Source: Thermoanaerobaculia bacterium (GTDB taxonomy: Bacteria > Acidobacteriota > Thermoanaerobaculia > UBA5066). Taken from it: a stretch of 64,000 bases of DNA. The notes under the pieces were generated by a model. The model was given only the letters and a program-made list of their open reading frames with translations. It was not told where the DNA came from and made no database searches. The position numbers and the translations under genes are program-made. Positions 7,727 to 16,902 of the stretch are shown here, piece after piece. The first letter of the stretch is position 1. Every line of letters begins with the position of its first letter. The stretch covers positions 928,001-992,000 of the forward strand of contig CAVRAY010000001.1 in the NCBI GenBank assembly GCA_963719225.1, given 5' to 3'.

Positions 7727-10675
7727 CTAGAAGCGGAGGCCCACCGTGGCCTGGAAGGTGCGCGGCTGCTGGTAGTCCAGCGAGTTGCGCGCCTTGCCGA
7801 AGTTCGGACCGTAGTTCCAGTTCGCCGTCGGGGTCGTGGTGTTGCGGGGACCCTGGACGGGAATCGTGGTGAACGGATTGAAGTTCAGGTATCCCGTCGT
7901 GTTCGCGAAGGTCTGGACCGTCGTGTCGACGGCGATCTTCCCCTGGTTGTTGAAGACGTTGATGACCTGCGGCTGGATGAAGATCTCAACCACGCCGCCG
8001 ATCTTCGTCGAGAAGTTCAGCGAGAGGTCGGTGCGCTTGATGTCGTCCGTGCGGAAAGCGTCACGCGACGTGTAATAGTACGTGACTGTCGACGGCCGCG
8101 TCGCGTAGCCCGGGTCCGTCACGAAGTCCCGCGAGCGGACGGTCCCGACGGCGCCATAGGGGGCGCCGGTGTCGTAGGACTGCACGAGGCCCAGCGAAAT
8201 CACGCCGATCTTCTCGGGGATGAACGGCAGATCGTACGATCCGAAGAGCCGGGCCCGGTGCCTCTGGTCCGTGGCGAGCGAACCCGTCGGATTGTTCCAG
8301 GCGGGGTCCTTGTACTCGGGGTACGCCTTGAACGCGGAGGACGTCGGGCCGGAGTTCCCGGCTTCGCCGTCGACGTTGCCGAGCGTGTGCGACCACGTCC
8401 AGTTCGCGGCCAGCGTGATTCGGCCCACCCGGTACTGGAACTGCGTCTGAAGGCCCGTGTAATTCCGGACGAGGTCGTTCGTGTTGCCCTGGATCCCGAT
8501 GTCGAACTGGTTGCCGAAGGGGTCCGAGGCCTTGCCGGTGCCGATGTTCAGGAGCGTGTAGTAGAAGTCCTTGAATTCGCGCCGGACGAAATCGGCCCGG
8601 TACGAGAAGTGGCCGATCGAGCCGCTGGCGCCGAACGTGTACTCGTTCGCGTAAGGCGTGTTGAGGCCGTCGGCGGGAATCTGGGCGCTGAGCCCGGCGA
8701 CGAAGGCGTAGTCGAGCGGGACCTTGCACGTCGAGATGTTCGGGCAGCCCTGGGCGAAGAACCAGTCGAAAACCTGCTGCAGGGCCTGCGCGCGCGTCAC
8801 GAGCGTGGCGCCCGCCGGCGAGTTGATGGGCGTGGCGACCGGTCCTCCCGGAACGGTGGAGTAATACCAGATGAACAAGGACGGGCTCCCCGCATTCGTG
8901 GCGGCATCCACGAGGGTTTCTTGAATCGCGCCGACGTACTTCGCGTAGCTCGCTCCGAGCTTCACGTTGCCCTTGCCCGTCACGTCGAACTGGGCCGCGA
9001 GGCGCGGGCTGAAAGCGTGATCCTTCGCCGTGACGATCCCCCGGCTGTCCGCCGCGTCGTTCTTGTCGTAGCGAACGCCGAGGTTGAGGGAGAGCCGGTC
9101 GTTCACGCGCCACGCGTCGTTCAGGAAGACCGAGTGCGTGAGCACGTCCGAGCCCTTGCTCAGCGTTTCGATCGGCGTGTAGTAGATGTACGTCCGGTTG
9201 TCGATGACGGGGAAGATGTCGCCGTTCTGGACGATGATTCCCGTCGTGAAGAGGCGGTAGTTGCTGCCCGACTGGTAGTTGTTCGCCTTGCGCGAGCCGG
9301 AGAAGTGGTCGTACCCGAGGACGAGGTTGTGCGAGCCGAGGCTGCCCGTCGAGAGGAAATACGTTCCCTTGACGAGGAAGTCCTCGTTGTCGCGTTTCTC
9401 GGGGTCGCACACGCCGCAGAAGGTGGGCGAGTTGTAGCGCGCGTTTCCGTTCGCGCGGCTGCGCATGAGCGTGCCCTTGATGACGTCCGTGTAGATCGAC
9501 CCGGAGTTCTCGAACGTGAACTTGCGGCGGGAATAGAGCCCCTCGACGAACAGGTTGCTCGTGATGACGCCGTTGTAGTTCGCCGTGAGGATCTCCTGGG
9601 GCAGCTCGCGATTCACGAGGCTGTCGACGTCCAGGATGACTCCGAAGAAGTTCCCGTTCTGCTTCGTGTCGACTTTCAGATAGTTGACCGCGAACGTCTG
9701 GCTCGCGAACGGGGTCAACGTGAGCTTGCCCTGGTAGCGCTTCTCGTCGGTGAGCGTCGCGAAGGGGATGTTCGTGGGGGCGGCGGTCTGGCCGGAGCCC
9801 GTGACCTTCGCGTACCGGCCCGACCCGAAGAACCAGACGTGGTCCTTCCAGAAGGGCCCGCCGATGGTCGCCTCGTAAACCGGGTTCACCTTCTGGATGC
9901 GCGTCTCACCGGCAGGCGAGATCGCGCTCCAGGCGTCGTTCGTGAACGACGTGCGGAACGAGCCGGAGAACTGGTTGCCGCCGGCCTTCGTCACCGTGTT
10001 GATGACGCCTCCGGTGAAACGGCCGTACTCCGCCGAGACCGAATTGACCGACGTGGTCGTCTCCTGGATCGCGTCCTCGATGAAGAGGTTGTTCGGCGTG
10101 CCGCGGATGTTGTCCATGATGACCGCGCCGTCGACCGTGAAGAGGTTGTCGAAGGTCTGGCCGCCCGAGATCGTCGCGGCGTTCCCGAGACCCGTCGTCC
10201 GGCTCAGGCCCGACGAGAGCTCGACCGAGGCGAGGATCGTTCTCGCCACGGGAAGCTTGTTCGTGATCTCGGTCGTGAGCGTGGTGGACGCCTGGGTCGT
10301 CGTCGAGACGGTTTCGGCCTTGGCCGAGACCGTCGCGGCCGCCGAGACTCCCGAAAGCGCGAGCGCCGCGTCCTGCGTGGCGGGGTTACCGGCGGTGAGC
10401 TTGACGGTCTTCGTCACGGCCGTGAAGCCCTGAAGGGTGAACGTGACCGTGTAGTCGCCGGGCGGAATGCCGGAGAAAGAATAGTCGCCGTTCGCGGACG
10501 TGACGGCCGTGCGCTCCCCCTGCAGCGAGGGCGATTTCAGGGTCACCGTCACGCCGGGGAGACCGGCGTTCTCGTTCTCGACCTTGCCGCGCAGGGCGGT
10601 TGTCGTCGCTTGCGCGAGCGCGAGCGAGCTGGCGACGAAAAGTACGAGGAACCCGAAGAACCGGAGCTTTCTCAT
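7727..10675 (-). CDS. TonB-dependent receptor, Oar-like (copy 2)
   Basis: Signal peptide MRKLRFF..., 'GLPGVTVTLKSP', 'SAEYGRFTGGVINTVTKAGGN', C-terminal 'PRTFQATVGLRF'. Confidence 0.9.
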   Translation of the reverse strand: MRKLRFFGFLVLFVASSLALAQATTTALRGKVENENAGLPGVTVTLKSPSLQGERTAVTSANGDYSFSGIPPGDYTVTFTLQGFTAVTKTVKLTAGNPATQDAALALSGVSAAATVSAKAETVSTTTQASTTLTTEITNKLPVARTILASVELSSGLSRTTGLGNAATISGGQTFDNLFTVDGAVIMDNIRGTPNNLFIEDAIQETTTSVNSVSAEYGRFTGGVINTVTKAGGNQFSGSFRTSFTNDAWSAISPAGETRIQKVNPVYEATIGGPFWKDHVWFFGSGRYAKVTGSGQTAAPTNIPFATLTDEKRYQGKLTLTPFASQTFAVNYLKVDTKQNGNFFGVILDVDSLVNRELPQEILTANYNGVITSNLFVEGLYSRRKFTFENSGSIYTDVIKGTLMRSRANGNARYNSPTFCGVCDPEKRDNEDFLVKGTYFLSTGSLGSHNLVLGYDHFSGSRKANNYQSGSNYRLFTTGIIVQNGDIFPVIDNRTYIYYTPIETLSKGSDVLTHSVFLNDAWRVNDRLSLNLGVRYDKNDAADSRGIVTAKDHAFSPRLAAQFDVTGKGNVKLGASYAKYVGAIQETLVDAATNAGSPSLFIWYYSTVPGGPVATPINSPAGATLVTRAQALQQVFDWFFAQGCPNISTCKVPLDYAFVAGLSAQIPADGLNTPYANEYTFGASGSIGHFSYRADFVRREFKDFYYTLLNIGTGKASDPFGNQFDIGIQGNTNDLVRNYTGLQTQFQYRVGRITLAANWTWSHTLGNVDGEAGNSGPTSSAFKAYPEYKDPAWNNPTGSLATDQRHRARLFGSYDLPFIPEKIGVISLGLVQSYDTGAPYGAVGTVRSRDFVTDPGYATRPSTVTYYYTSRDAFRTDDIKRTDLSLNFSTKIGGVVEIFIQPQVINVFNNQGKIAVDTTVQTFANTTGYLNFNPFTTIPVQGPRNTTTPTANWNYGPNFGKARNSLDYQQPRTFQATVGLRF

Positions 10676-10803
10676 GCGTTTTTCTTCCTCCATTGAGTGA
10701 CGAAATTGACGAATCGAACCGGCTTCGACCCTGAAAATGATTTGAGGTTACAGACGGGCCACCTCCGCGAGCACCTCTTCACAAGCTGACTGTCGCGAAG
10801 TCT

Positions 10804-10819
10804 AGCACTTGCCGTGCCG
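10804..10819 (-). promoter_or_regulatory. Putative sigma54 (-24/-12) promoter of TonB receptor 2
   Basis: Minus strand CGGCACG-GCAA-GTGCT, GG-N10-GC spacing, about 130 nt upstream of the start. Confidence 0.5.
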
Positions 10820-11056
10820 TGGAAGGCGTTCGCGTCATTCCGCGAAATCGCTTTTGGGATGAAGGGTTTAGTTGCCGCCATCCGTCCCCGCCGTCGCTCA
10901 GCGAACGGAAATCGGGATCGTGGTCCGGCCGTTTGGATGACGCGTTTCTCCGCCATCCCGTGCGCCCGCGGGACAGGGTGTCGTTGGGGTATATTCGCCG
11001 GGTTTCGCGAGAGGCGTGGGATCGCATTCCCGCGCACGCAAGCGGGAGAGTCACCC

Positions 11057-12625
11057 ATGAAACGCAAGCTCCTTTCCGCTCTTTCTCTGTTCCTCCTCTC
11101 GGCCCTCGCGGCCTTCCCCTCGTTCGCGGCCCTCGACAAGTACAAGGACTGGGACAAGTCCCCGGAATACGCCTATCTCGCGACGGACGACGAGAAGAAG
11201 GAATGGAAGAAGGTCGCCTCGGACGCGGACGCCGAGAAATTCGTCGCCCTGTTCTGGGCCCGGCGGGATCCGGACCTGAAGACGCCTGAGAACGAATTCC
11301 ACGAGCGATTCGACGTCCTCGTCAAGAAGGCCGACGAGATCTTCGCGCTCGGAAGAAAGCGCGGTGCGCTCACGGAGCGCGGCAAGGCGCTGATCCTCAT
11401 CGGCCCCCCGAAGTCGATCGCGCGGGGCTCGGCCGCGCCGACGCCTGTCGACGACACGACGACGGGAACCGGGACGGCGGGCTCGCTCTCGGGCACCGGC
11501 GTGATCGGGACGACCGGCTCGACGACGATCATGACGCACTTCCTCTACGAGAAGCCCCAGCTTCCTCCGTGGGCGGACGTCCAATCGCTCGACCTGAGGT
11601 TCCAGGTGGACCTCGGGACGAACGCCGAGAACGTCGTGAATGGTCTCGGTCCCGCGAAGCGGCTTGAGGTGAAAGCCGCGCAGATGGCGCTCGTGAACCC
11701 GACGCTCAAGGACGTTCCGGTCTACAAGACGAGAGAGCAGGTCGCCGCCGACCAGAAGACGGCTGCCGACAAGGCGGCCGAGGAGGCGAAGGGACCCGCG
11801 CTGTCCGAGGCGGCCCGGGCGACGCTCGAAGGCCTTCCCAAGGAGCCCTTCGGAGCGCTCGCGCTTCTTCCCGTTTCGTACCGTGACGGCGCGACGCGCC
11901 TCATGGTCCAGCTCTACGTTCCGGGCTCCGTCGCCGGAACGGGCGAGGGGGCGAAGCTCCTGATCCTCGCGCGGGACAAGGACGGCAAGGATGCGATCCG
12001 CCTCGAGGAGGCCGCGGCGCTGAGGAAGACGAAATCCGACTTCTTCACCGACCGGTCTTTCCGGATCGTCCCGGGGGAGTACGAGGTCGCCGCCGCGCTC
12101 GTGGACGGGGCGGGCAAAGTTCTCGCGTCGGCGCGGCGGAAAGTCAACGTTCCGGCGCTCACCTCGGACTTCGCGGCCTCGCCGCTCCTCGTCGCGGTGA
12201 ACGACTTTCCGGTCGACGCCCCGAAGCCGGACGAGCCCTTCACGTTCTCGGCGCGACGCTTCGTCGTCAAGGGTGACGGCCGCGTCGAATCGACGGACGG
12301 CCTCTCGTACGCCGTTCGTCTCTACAACCCGCCCGTCGATCCGGTCTCACGCACGGTCACGCTCAAGCGCACCGTGAAGATCAAGCCGAAGGGTCAGCCC
12401 GCGATCGACGTCCCGACTCCGCCGGAGGAGCCGGCGAAGGTGCCCGAAGACAAGGAGCCCGGCGCTCTCGTGCTGGACATCGCGGGCGGCGTCGTGGAGT
12501 CGAACCTCGGCCAGTACTTCCGGCCCGGCGACTACGAGCTCAGGCTCACGCTCACGGACGCCGCGTCGCAGAAGAAGCTCGATCTCGTCGCGCCGTTCAC
12601 CGTCGTGGGGCCGGCGAAGAAGTAA
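11057..12625 (+). CDS. GWxTD domain-containing secreted protein (copy 2, paralog of 3885..5435)
   Basis: MKRKLLSALSLFLL signal; 'KDWDKSPEY.YLATD', 'FWARRDPDLKTPENEF', 'RGALTERGK..ILIGPP'; colinear with copy 1 to the 'APFTV.G..KK' C-terminus. Confidence 0.82.
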   Translation: MKRKLLSALSLFLLSALAAFPSFAALDKYKDWDKSPEYAYLATDDEKKEWKKVASDADAEKFVALFWARRDPDLKTPENEFHERFDVLVKKADEIFALGRKRGALTERGKALILIGPPKSIARGSAAPTPVDDTTTGTGTAGSLSGTGVIGTTGSTTIMTHFLYEKPQLPPWADVQSLDLRFQVDLGTNAENVVNGLGPAKRLEVKAAQMALVNPTLKDVPVYKTREQVAADQKTAADKAAEEAKGPALSEAARATLEGLPKEPFGALALLPVSYRDGATRLMVQLYVPGSVAGTGEGAKLLILARDKDGKDAIRLEEAAALRKTKSDFFTDRSFRIVPGEYEVAAALVDGAGKVLASARRKVNVPALTSDFAASPLLVAVNDFPVDAPKPDEPFTFSARRFVVKGDGRVESTDGLSYAVRLYNPPVDPVSRTVTLKRTVKIKPKGQPAIDVPTPPEEPAKVPEDKEPGALVLDIAGGVVESNLGQYFRPGDYELRLTLTDAASQKKLDLVAPFTVVGPAKK

Positions 12626-12635
12626 CCCGGTCTCC

Positions 12636-14276
12636 TCACTCCACGCGGACGCTCGTCGAGCCGACGCCGATGCGGTTCGTGGCGACGTCGCGGACGGTGG
12701 CCACGAAGCGCATGTTGCCCGTGCGCGACTTGACCTCGCCCGTGTACTCGAACGGCTCGGTCCTGGCCTTCTCGAGGGCGGCGGCGTCCAGGACGATCGT
12801 CTTGCGATCCGGGACCGAGTTCGAGCGCGCACCGCTGTCATCGACGGCCGCGAGGCTGACGTCCACGACCGCCTTCTTCTTTCCGCCTTCGTCGAGGAAC
12901 GTGATCGCGGAGAGCGGGACGGACACCTTGAACGGCGCGATGCGGCGGCCGAGGCCGCCCGACTTCTTCGGAGGTCCGATCGCGAGCGCGACGGGGAACT
13001 CGCCCCTGGCCTCCGGCGTGACGAGCGCGAGCTCCATGCGATCCCGGGCGCTCGCATCCGCGGTTTTCGCGCCGTAGGCGCGGCGCGCCCGCAGCGTCAC
13101 GCCCGGCCGCGAAGACGTGACCTTCACGCTGTGGTCGGTCTTCTTCGGATCGAGGGCCGAGAGCGTAACCCCGATCGAGTAGTAGCTCGCCGACTCCTGA
13201 TAGATGCGCTCCAGGGCGCGGCCGAACGTGTTGCGGTTCTGGACGAGGATTCCTCCCGTCGCGTCGGCGAGGCCCGCGAGCGGCTCGCGGCGGTTCGCGT
13301 CGGCCTGGAACGAGGAGACGACGGGCGCGTCCGCTTCGGAGGCGTCCGAATCGGTCGCGAGGCCGCGCGCGTCGAGGGCGTGCACGGTGATGCCGGAGCG
13401 GTTCGCCTCCGCGACGACGGCCTGGTAGTCGGCGACGACGGTGTTGTCGAACTGGCTCAACGCGTTCGTCGCGAGCGCCTGCGCGAGGGTCTGGCCCGGC
13501 CGGAGCTCGAGTCCGCTCGAGACCCAGAGCGCCACGCGCTTTCCGGAGCGTGCGGCGAGGGCCGCGAAGGCCCGCCGGAGCTCGTCGAGGGTTCCCTTCT
13601 CGCGGCTCCTGATCTGGTCGCCCCAGTTCCGGATGGAAGCGTCCCGCGACGCGGGACGCATCCGCCGAACGCTCGCGATCTCCTGCCGGTACTGGGCCTC
13701 CCAGTAGAGCCCCCGGGCGCCCGTCTTCTCGAGGCGCGAGAGCCCGTCGAGGAGGGACTCCTTCGAGTTCGTGAACGGCGTGATGACGTGCGACGAGATG
13801 CTGTACGACAGGATCGCCATGCTGTCCGACGGCGAAAGCCGCGTGACGAAATCGCGCAGGCCTTCGAGAACGCGCTTGCGGTCGGACGGCAGGAGGTGCT
13901 CGTCGTCGAAGAACACGAGGAACTGGCGCGGCACGTAGCGGTCGGGTCCCGCCGCGGTCGTCTCGAGGATGAAGTCCGGAGACGCGGTCGCGAGATCCGG
14001 ACCGTGGAGCTGGCCCGCTTCCACCCGGGCGAAGTAGTCGAGGGGCAGGGCCTTGCCGTCCACGGTCACGGAGATCTCGCCGCGCGTGAGGTCCGGCACG
14101 CTCTTGCCGTCCTTTCCCGTCGCGATGACGTCGAGGTCCATCACGGTGACGTCGACGGCCGCGCGCACGCCCGGCACCGCGGCCGGGGCGTCGGCCGCTC
14201 GCGCCGGAGCGGCGAGCGCGAGCGCGGGGAGGAGGAGCATGGCGAGAAACTCTCGCGGAGGAAGGGCGACGTGCAT
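12636..14276 (-). CDS. VWA domain protein (Acidobacterial VWFA-related type)
   Basis: 'DVIATGKDGKSVPDLT', 'FLVFFDDEHL', 'GKRVALWVSSG', 'LADATGG', 'SASYYSIG', 'RARRAY'; start could be 14276 or 14240. Confidence 0.8.
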   Translation of the reverse strand: MHVALPPREFLAMLLLPALALAAPARAADAPAAVPGVRAAVDVTVMDLDVIATGKDGKSVPDLTRGEISVTVDGKALPLDYFARVEAGQLHGPDLATASPDFILETTAAGPDRYVPRQFLVFFDDEHLLPSDRKRVLEGLRDFVTRLSPSDSMAILSYSISSHVITPFTNSKESLLDGLSRLEKTGARGLYWEAQYRQEIASVRRMRPASRDASIRNWGDQIRSREKGTLDELRRAFAALAARSGKRVALWVSSGLELRPGQTLAQALATNALSQFDNTVVADYQAVVAEANRSGITVHALDARGLATDSDASEADAPVVSSFQADANRREPLAGLADATGGILVQNRNTFGRALERIYQESASYYSIGVTLSALDPKKTDHSVKVTSSRPGVTLRARRAYGAKTADASARDRMELALVTPEARGEFPVALAIGPPKKSGGLGRRIAPFKVSVPLSAITFLDEGGKKKAVVDVSLAAVDDSGARSNSVPDRKTIVLDAAALEKARTEPFEYTGEVKSRTGNMRFVATVRDVATNRIGVGSTSVRVE

Positions 14277-14302
14277 GAGGTACCTCGGTTGGAGCTCGTC
14301 GG

Positions 14303-15739
14303 TCAGAGCTGGAGGATTTCGCGAAGCATGGCCGCGTCCCGCGTGATGACGTCGTTCTGCCCGGGGCGCGCGGTCAGCGCGACGACCTGCTCGGTGAGCC
14401 GCGGGTCGTCGCTCATCCACTCCTGCCCGATCTGCTCGGAGGGAGCCGCCTGCTTTGCTAGAAAGATCAATCGTTCGGCGGGCGGGCTCTTCGTGGTCAC
14501 CCGCCCGCTCGAGCCGAGGACATCCTCGACCGTCTGGGGGAGATTCAACTTCCGGGCCAGCACGCGTCCCGCGGCCGCCCGGAAGCGCGAAAGGGCCCCC
14601 GCGCGGATCGGACCGGGAGGGAAAGCCACGGAGATCAACAGCTTGAGAAGCTCGTAGCTCCCCAGGGGCTCCAGGAGCCCGAGGGTGTAGGCGTCCTCCC
14701 GTTCGAAGCCCTGGTCCTCGGCGAGGTGCGAGCCGGCCACGGCGGTGGACAGCGCCGAGCGCCTCACGACCCGCTCCATCTTCTCGTCGGACGGGACCTT
14801 GGGGGACCCCGCGTCCGCGAGAAGGCCCGCGAACCGCTTGATCGCCGTCGGGCCCACGATCCGGACCGCTTCCCGGGCCGTGCCGATCAGCTCGTTCGGT
14901 TCCGTGCGAAGGGAGTTCGCGAGGTAGAGGAGGTCGATCGTGAGGAATGGATCGAGGGCCGCGATCTGGACGATGCGCTCACTCTCGCCGTTCTCGTCGA
15001 GGGCCGTCTTCAGCATCGTCGCGGTGTCGTCGTAGATCGGGAACAGGCGCGCGGGCTCGCGCAGCCTCTTGTGGACGCGGTTCGCGAAGGACGTGAAGCC
15101 CTGGAACGCCTCGCGCAGGGCCGAGGGCGCGGGGACTTCACCGGGCAGGCTCTCGAGAATCGTCCAGAAGAGGGCCGCGAGCGCGTCGGGCTTGAACTCC
15201 TTCTCCCAGCGGGCGCCCGTCTCGTCCGCTCCCGAGCCCGCACCGAGATTCACACGCGAGTCGTCCACCGACTTGGCGCCGTGGAAGGCGAGGACCTGCC
15301 CGCGCAGGGACAGGTGGATCCGGATGAGGTCTTCGATCTTGAAGAGCGGGTCGAATTCGAACGAAGCGCCGGCCCAGTGGAAGAGATCGAGGAGGATCTT
15401 CATCGCGAGGCCCTCGACGGCCTCCGCGAGCTTCTCGCGGCCGAGGAGGTTGCGCTCGAGGATGAGACGCGTCAGGTTCTTGCCCGTCGCGAAGCTCTCG
15501 GCGAGGAGCTCGTAGACGGATTCCTCGGAGAGGACCTTGCGGCGCGTCAGGTAGACGCCGAGGCGCTCGTTCGGCAGGGAGGAGGACACGAAGACGATCG
15601 CGCCGCCCTTGAGGTCGATCGTGCGCAGGACCTCTCCGCGCCAGACCGTCACGCGTCCGGAGAGCGCGTTGATCTCCAGCCACTGCAGAAGATCAGCGAG
15701 CGAAAAGGTGTCGAGGTTCCCGCTGAGCGTGCGTGCCAC
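14303..15739 (-). CDS. DUF4388 (PatA-N-like) plus HDOD-domain signalling protein
   Basis: N-terminal 'LSGNLDTFSLADLLQWLEINALSGRV'; HDOD-like 'IAALDPFLTIDLLYLANS', 'DAYTLGLLEPLG'. Confidence 0.7.
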   Translation of the reverse strand: MARTLSGNLDTFSLADLLQWLEINALSGRVTVWRGEVLRTIDLKGGAIVFVSSSLPNERLGVYLTRRKVLSEESVYELLAESFATGKNLTRLILERNLLGREKLAEAVEGLAMKILLDLFHWAGASFEFDPLFKIEDLIRIHLSLRGQVLAFHGAKSVDDSRVNLGAGSGADETGARWEKEFKPDALAALFWTILESLPGEVPAPSALREAFQGFTSFANRVHKRLREPARLFPIYDDTATMLKTALDENGESERIVQIAALDPFLTIDLLYLANSLRTEPNELIGTAREAVRIVGPTAIKRFAGLLADAGSPKVPSDEKMERVVRRSALSTAVAGSHLAEDQGFEREDAYTLGLLEPLGSYELLKLLISVAFPPGPIRAGALSRFRAAAGRVLARKLNLPQTVEDVLGSSGRVTTKSPPAERLIFLAKQAAPSEQIGQEWMSDDPRLTEQVVALTARPGQNDVITRDAAMLREILQL

Positions 15740-15794
15740 TGTCTGGCGTCAGTTTGACACGAAGCCGCCCCGCTGGGGGCGCGCCGGGCGGATC

Positions 15795-16871
15795 TCAGCT
15801 TCCCGCGCGCAGGAGGCGCGTGGCCTTCTGGAGCGCGAGGAGCTCACGGGCGTCCTTCTGAAAAACCCCGACGCCGTAGCCTTCCTTCGTGAAGAAGGTG
15901 AACCGCAGCTCCTGGAACGGGATTCCCTTCGGGACGCGGTCCCTCCGGTAGTACCAGGTCTCGACGTCGCCCTCGATGTCGCCCGGGGTGATCTGTCCGC
16001 GGTTCTCCGTCGGCACCCGGATCAAGGCCGTGCGTCCGCGCGAATCGCGCACGATCGTGGTCTCGGTCGTCTTGAGGCTCGTCATCACGTCGTTGGACCT
16101 CAGGAGCGCCGAGCGGCCGATGTAGGTGGGAGGTCCCATCACGACGAGGACCCGGCCCCGGTCCGAGAGAGAGCCGCGGACCGACTCCGTGGAGAAGGCG
16201 GCGTCGGCGTACTGCACACGTCGGTGGAACTCGAGCTCGTACTCGTTGTCCGGGGTCGCCGGATCGGGATCGAACTTCTTCCAGAATCGGAACACCCATT
16301 CGCGACGCGAGGCGTCGTCCGTGAGGGTCGCGAACTCCTTTTTTTCCGCGTCGGTCAGGAGATGCCGGACGGCCGTCGCCGGCCAGGCCTCGTCGCCGCG
16401 GTAGACCGGCAGGGTCGTCGCGTCGACGGCCATCGTCGAGAAATTCGGCAGCCCCGCCGTGGTGGGCGGACCCCGAGGCGCATCGCGGGCAGCCGCGGTG
16501 CGCTGGGCGTCGAAGAAGATGCAGTAGCTCTTCGGGTAGAGACCGGGGTCGATGGTGGCCTCGGGCTGGAACTCGAAGTAGCGCGCGAGCTCCTTGCGCG
16601 CCCGCTCCTCGTCCTTGAGCTCCCAGGCGACGGCCGCGCTGTAAAAGTGGTAGACGGGCAGGATCCTCGGAAGGGCCGGCTCGCGTTCGGGAGCGGCGGC
16701 GAGCTCGAGGAGGCGGCGCAGCGCGAGGTCCGCGTCCGCCCAACGCTTCGTGCGGTAGGCGCTTTTCACCTGGACGAGGGTCTGCAGGACGGGATCTTCG
16801 GATGCCGGGAGGGGCGCCGCGAGAAGGGCCGGAAGGAGAAACCAGGGTGCGAGGCGAAGCCGCACTTTCAA
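15795..16871 (-). CDS. GWxTD domain-containing secreted protein (copy 3, more divergent, TPR-like N-terminus)
   Basis: '[32 protein letters not shown]...[16 protein letters not shown]', 'ETWYY'; start TTG 16871 or GTG 16865. Confidence 0.8.
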   Translation of the reverse strand: MKVRLRLAPWFLLPALLAAPLPASEDPVLQTLVQVKSAYRTKRWADADLALRRLLELAAAPEREPALPRILPVYHFYSAAVAWELKDEERARKELARYFEFQPEATIDPGLYPKSYCIFFDAQRTAAARDAPRGPPTTAGLPNFSTMAVDATTLPVYRGDEAWPATAVRHLLTDAEKKEFATLTDDASRREWVFRFWKKFDPDPATPDNEYELEFHRRVQYADAAFSTESVRGSLSDRGRVLVVMGPPTYIGRSALLRSNDVMTSLKTTETTIVRDSRGRTALIRVPTENRGQITPGDIEGDVETWYYRRDRVPKGIPFQELRFTFFTKEGYGVGVFQKDARELLALQKATRLLRAGS

Positions 16872-16902
16872 ACCTCGTGGCGCCGAGCTTAGCATCGAGG
16901 CC

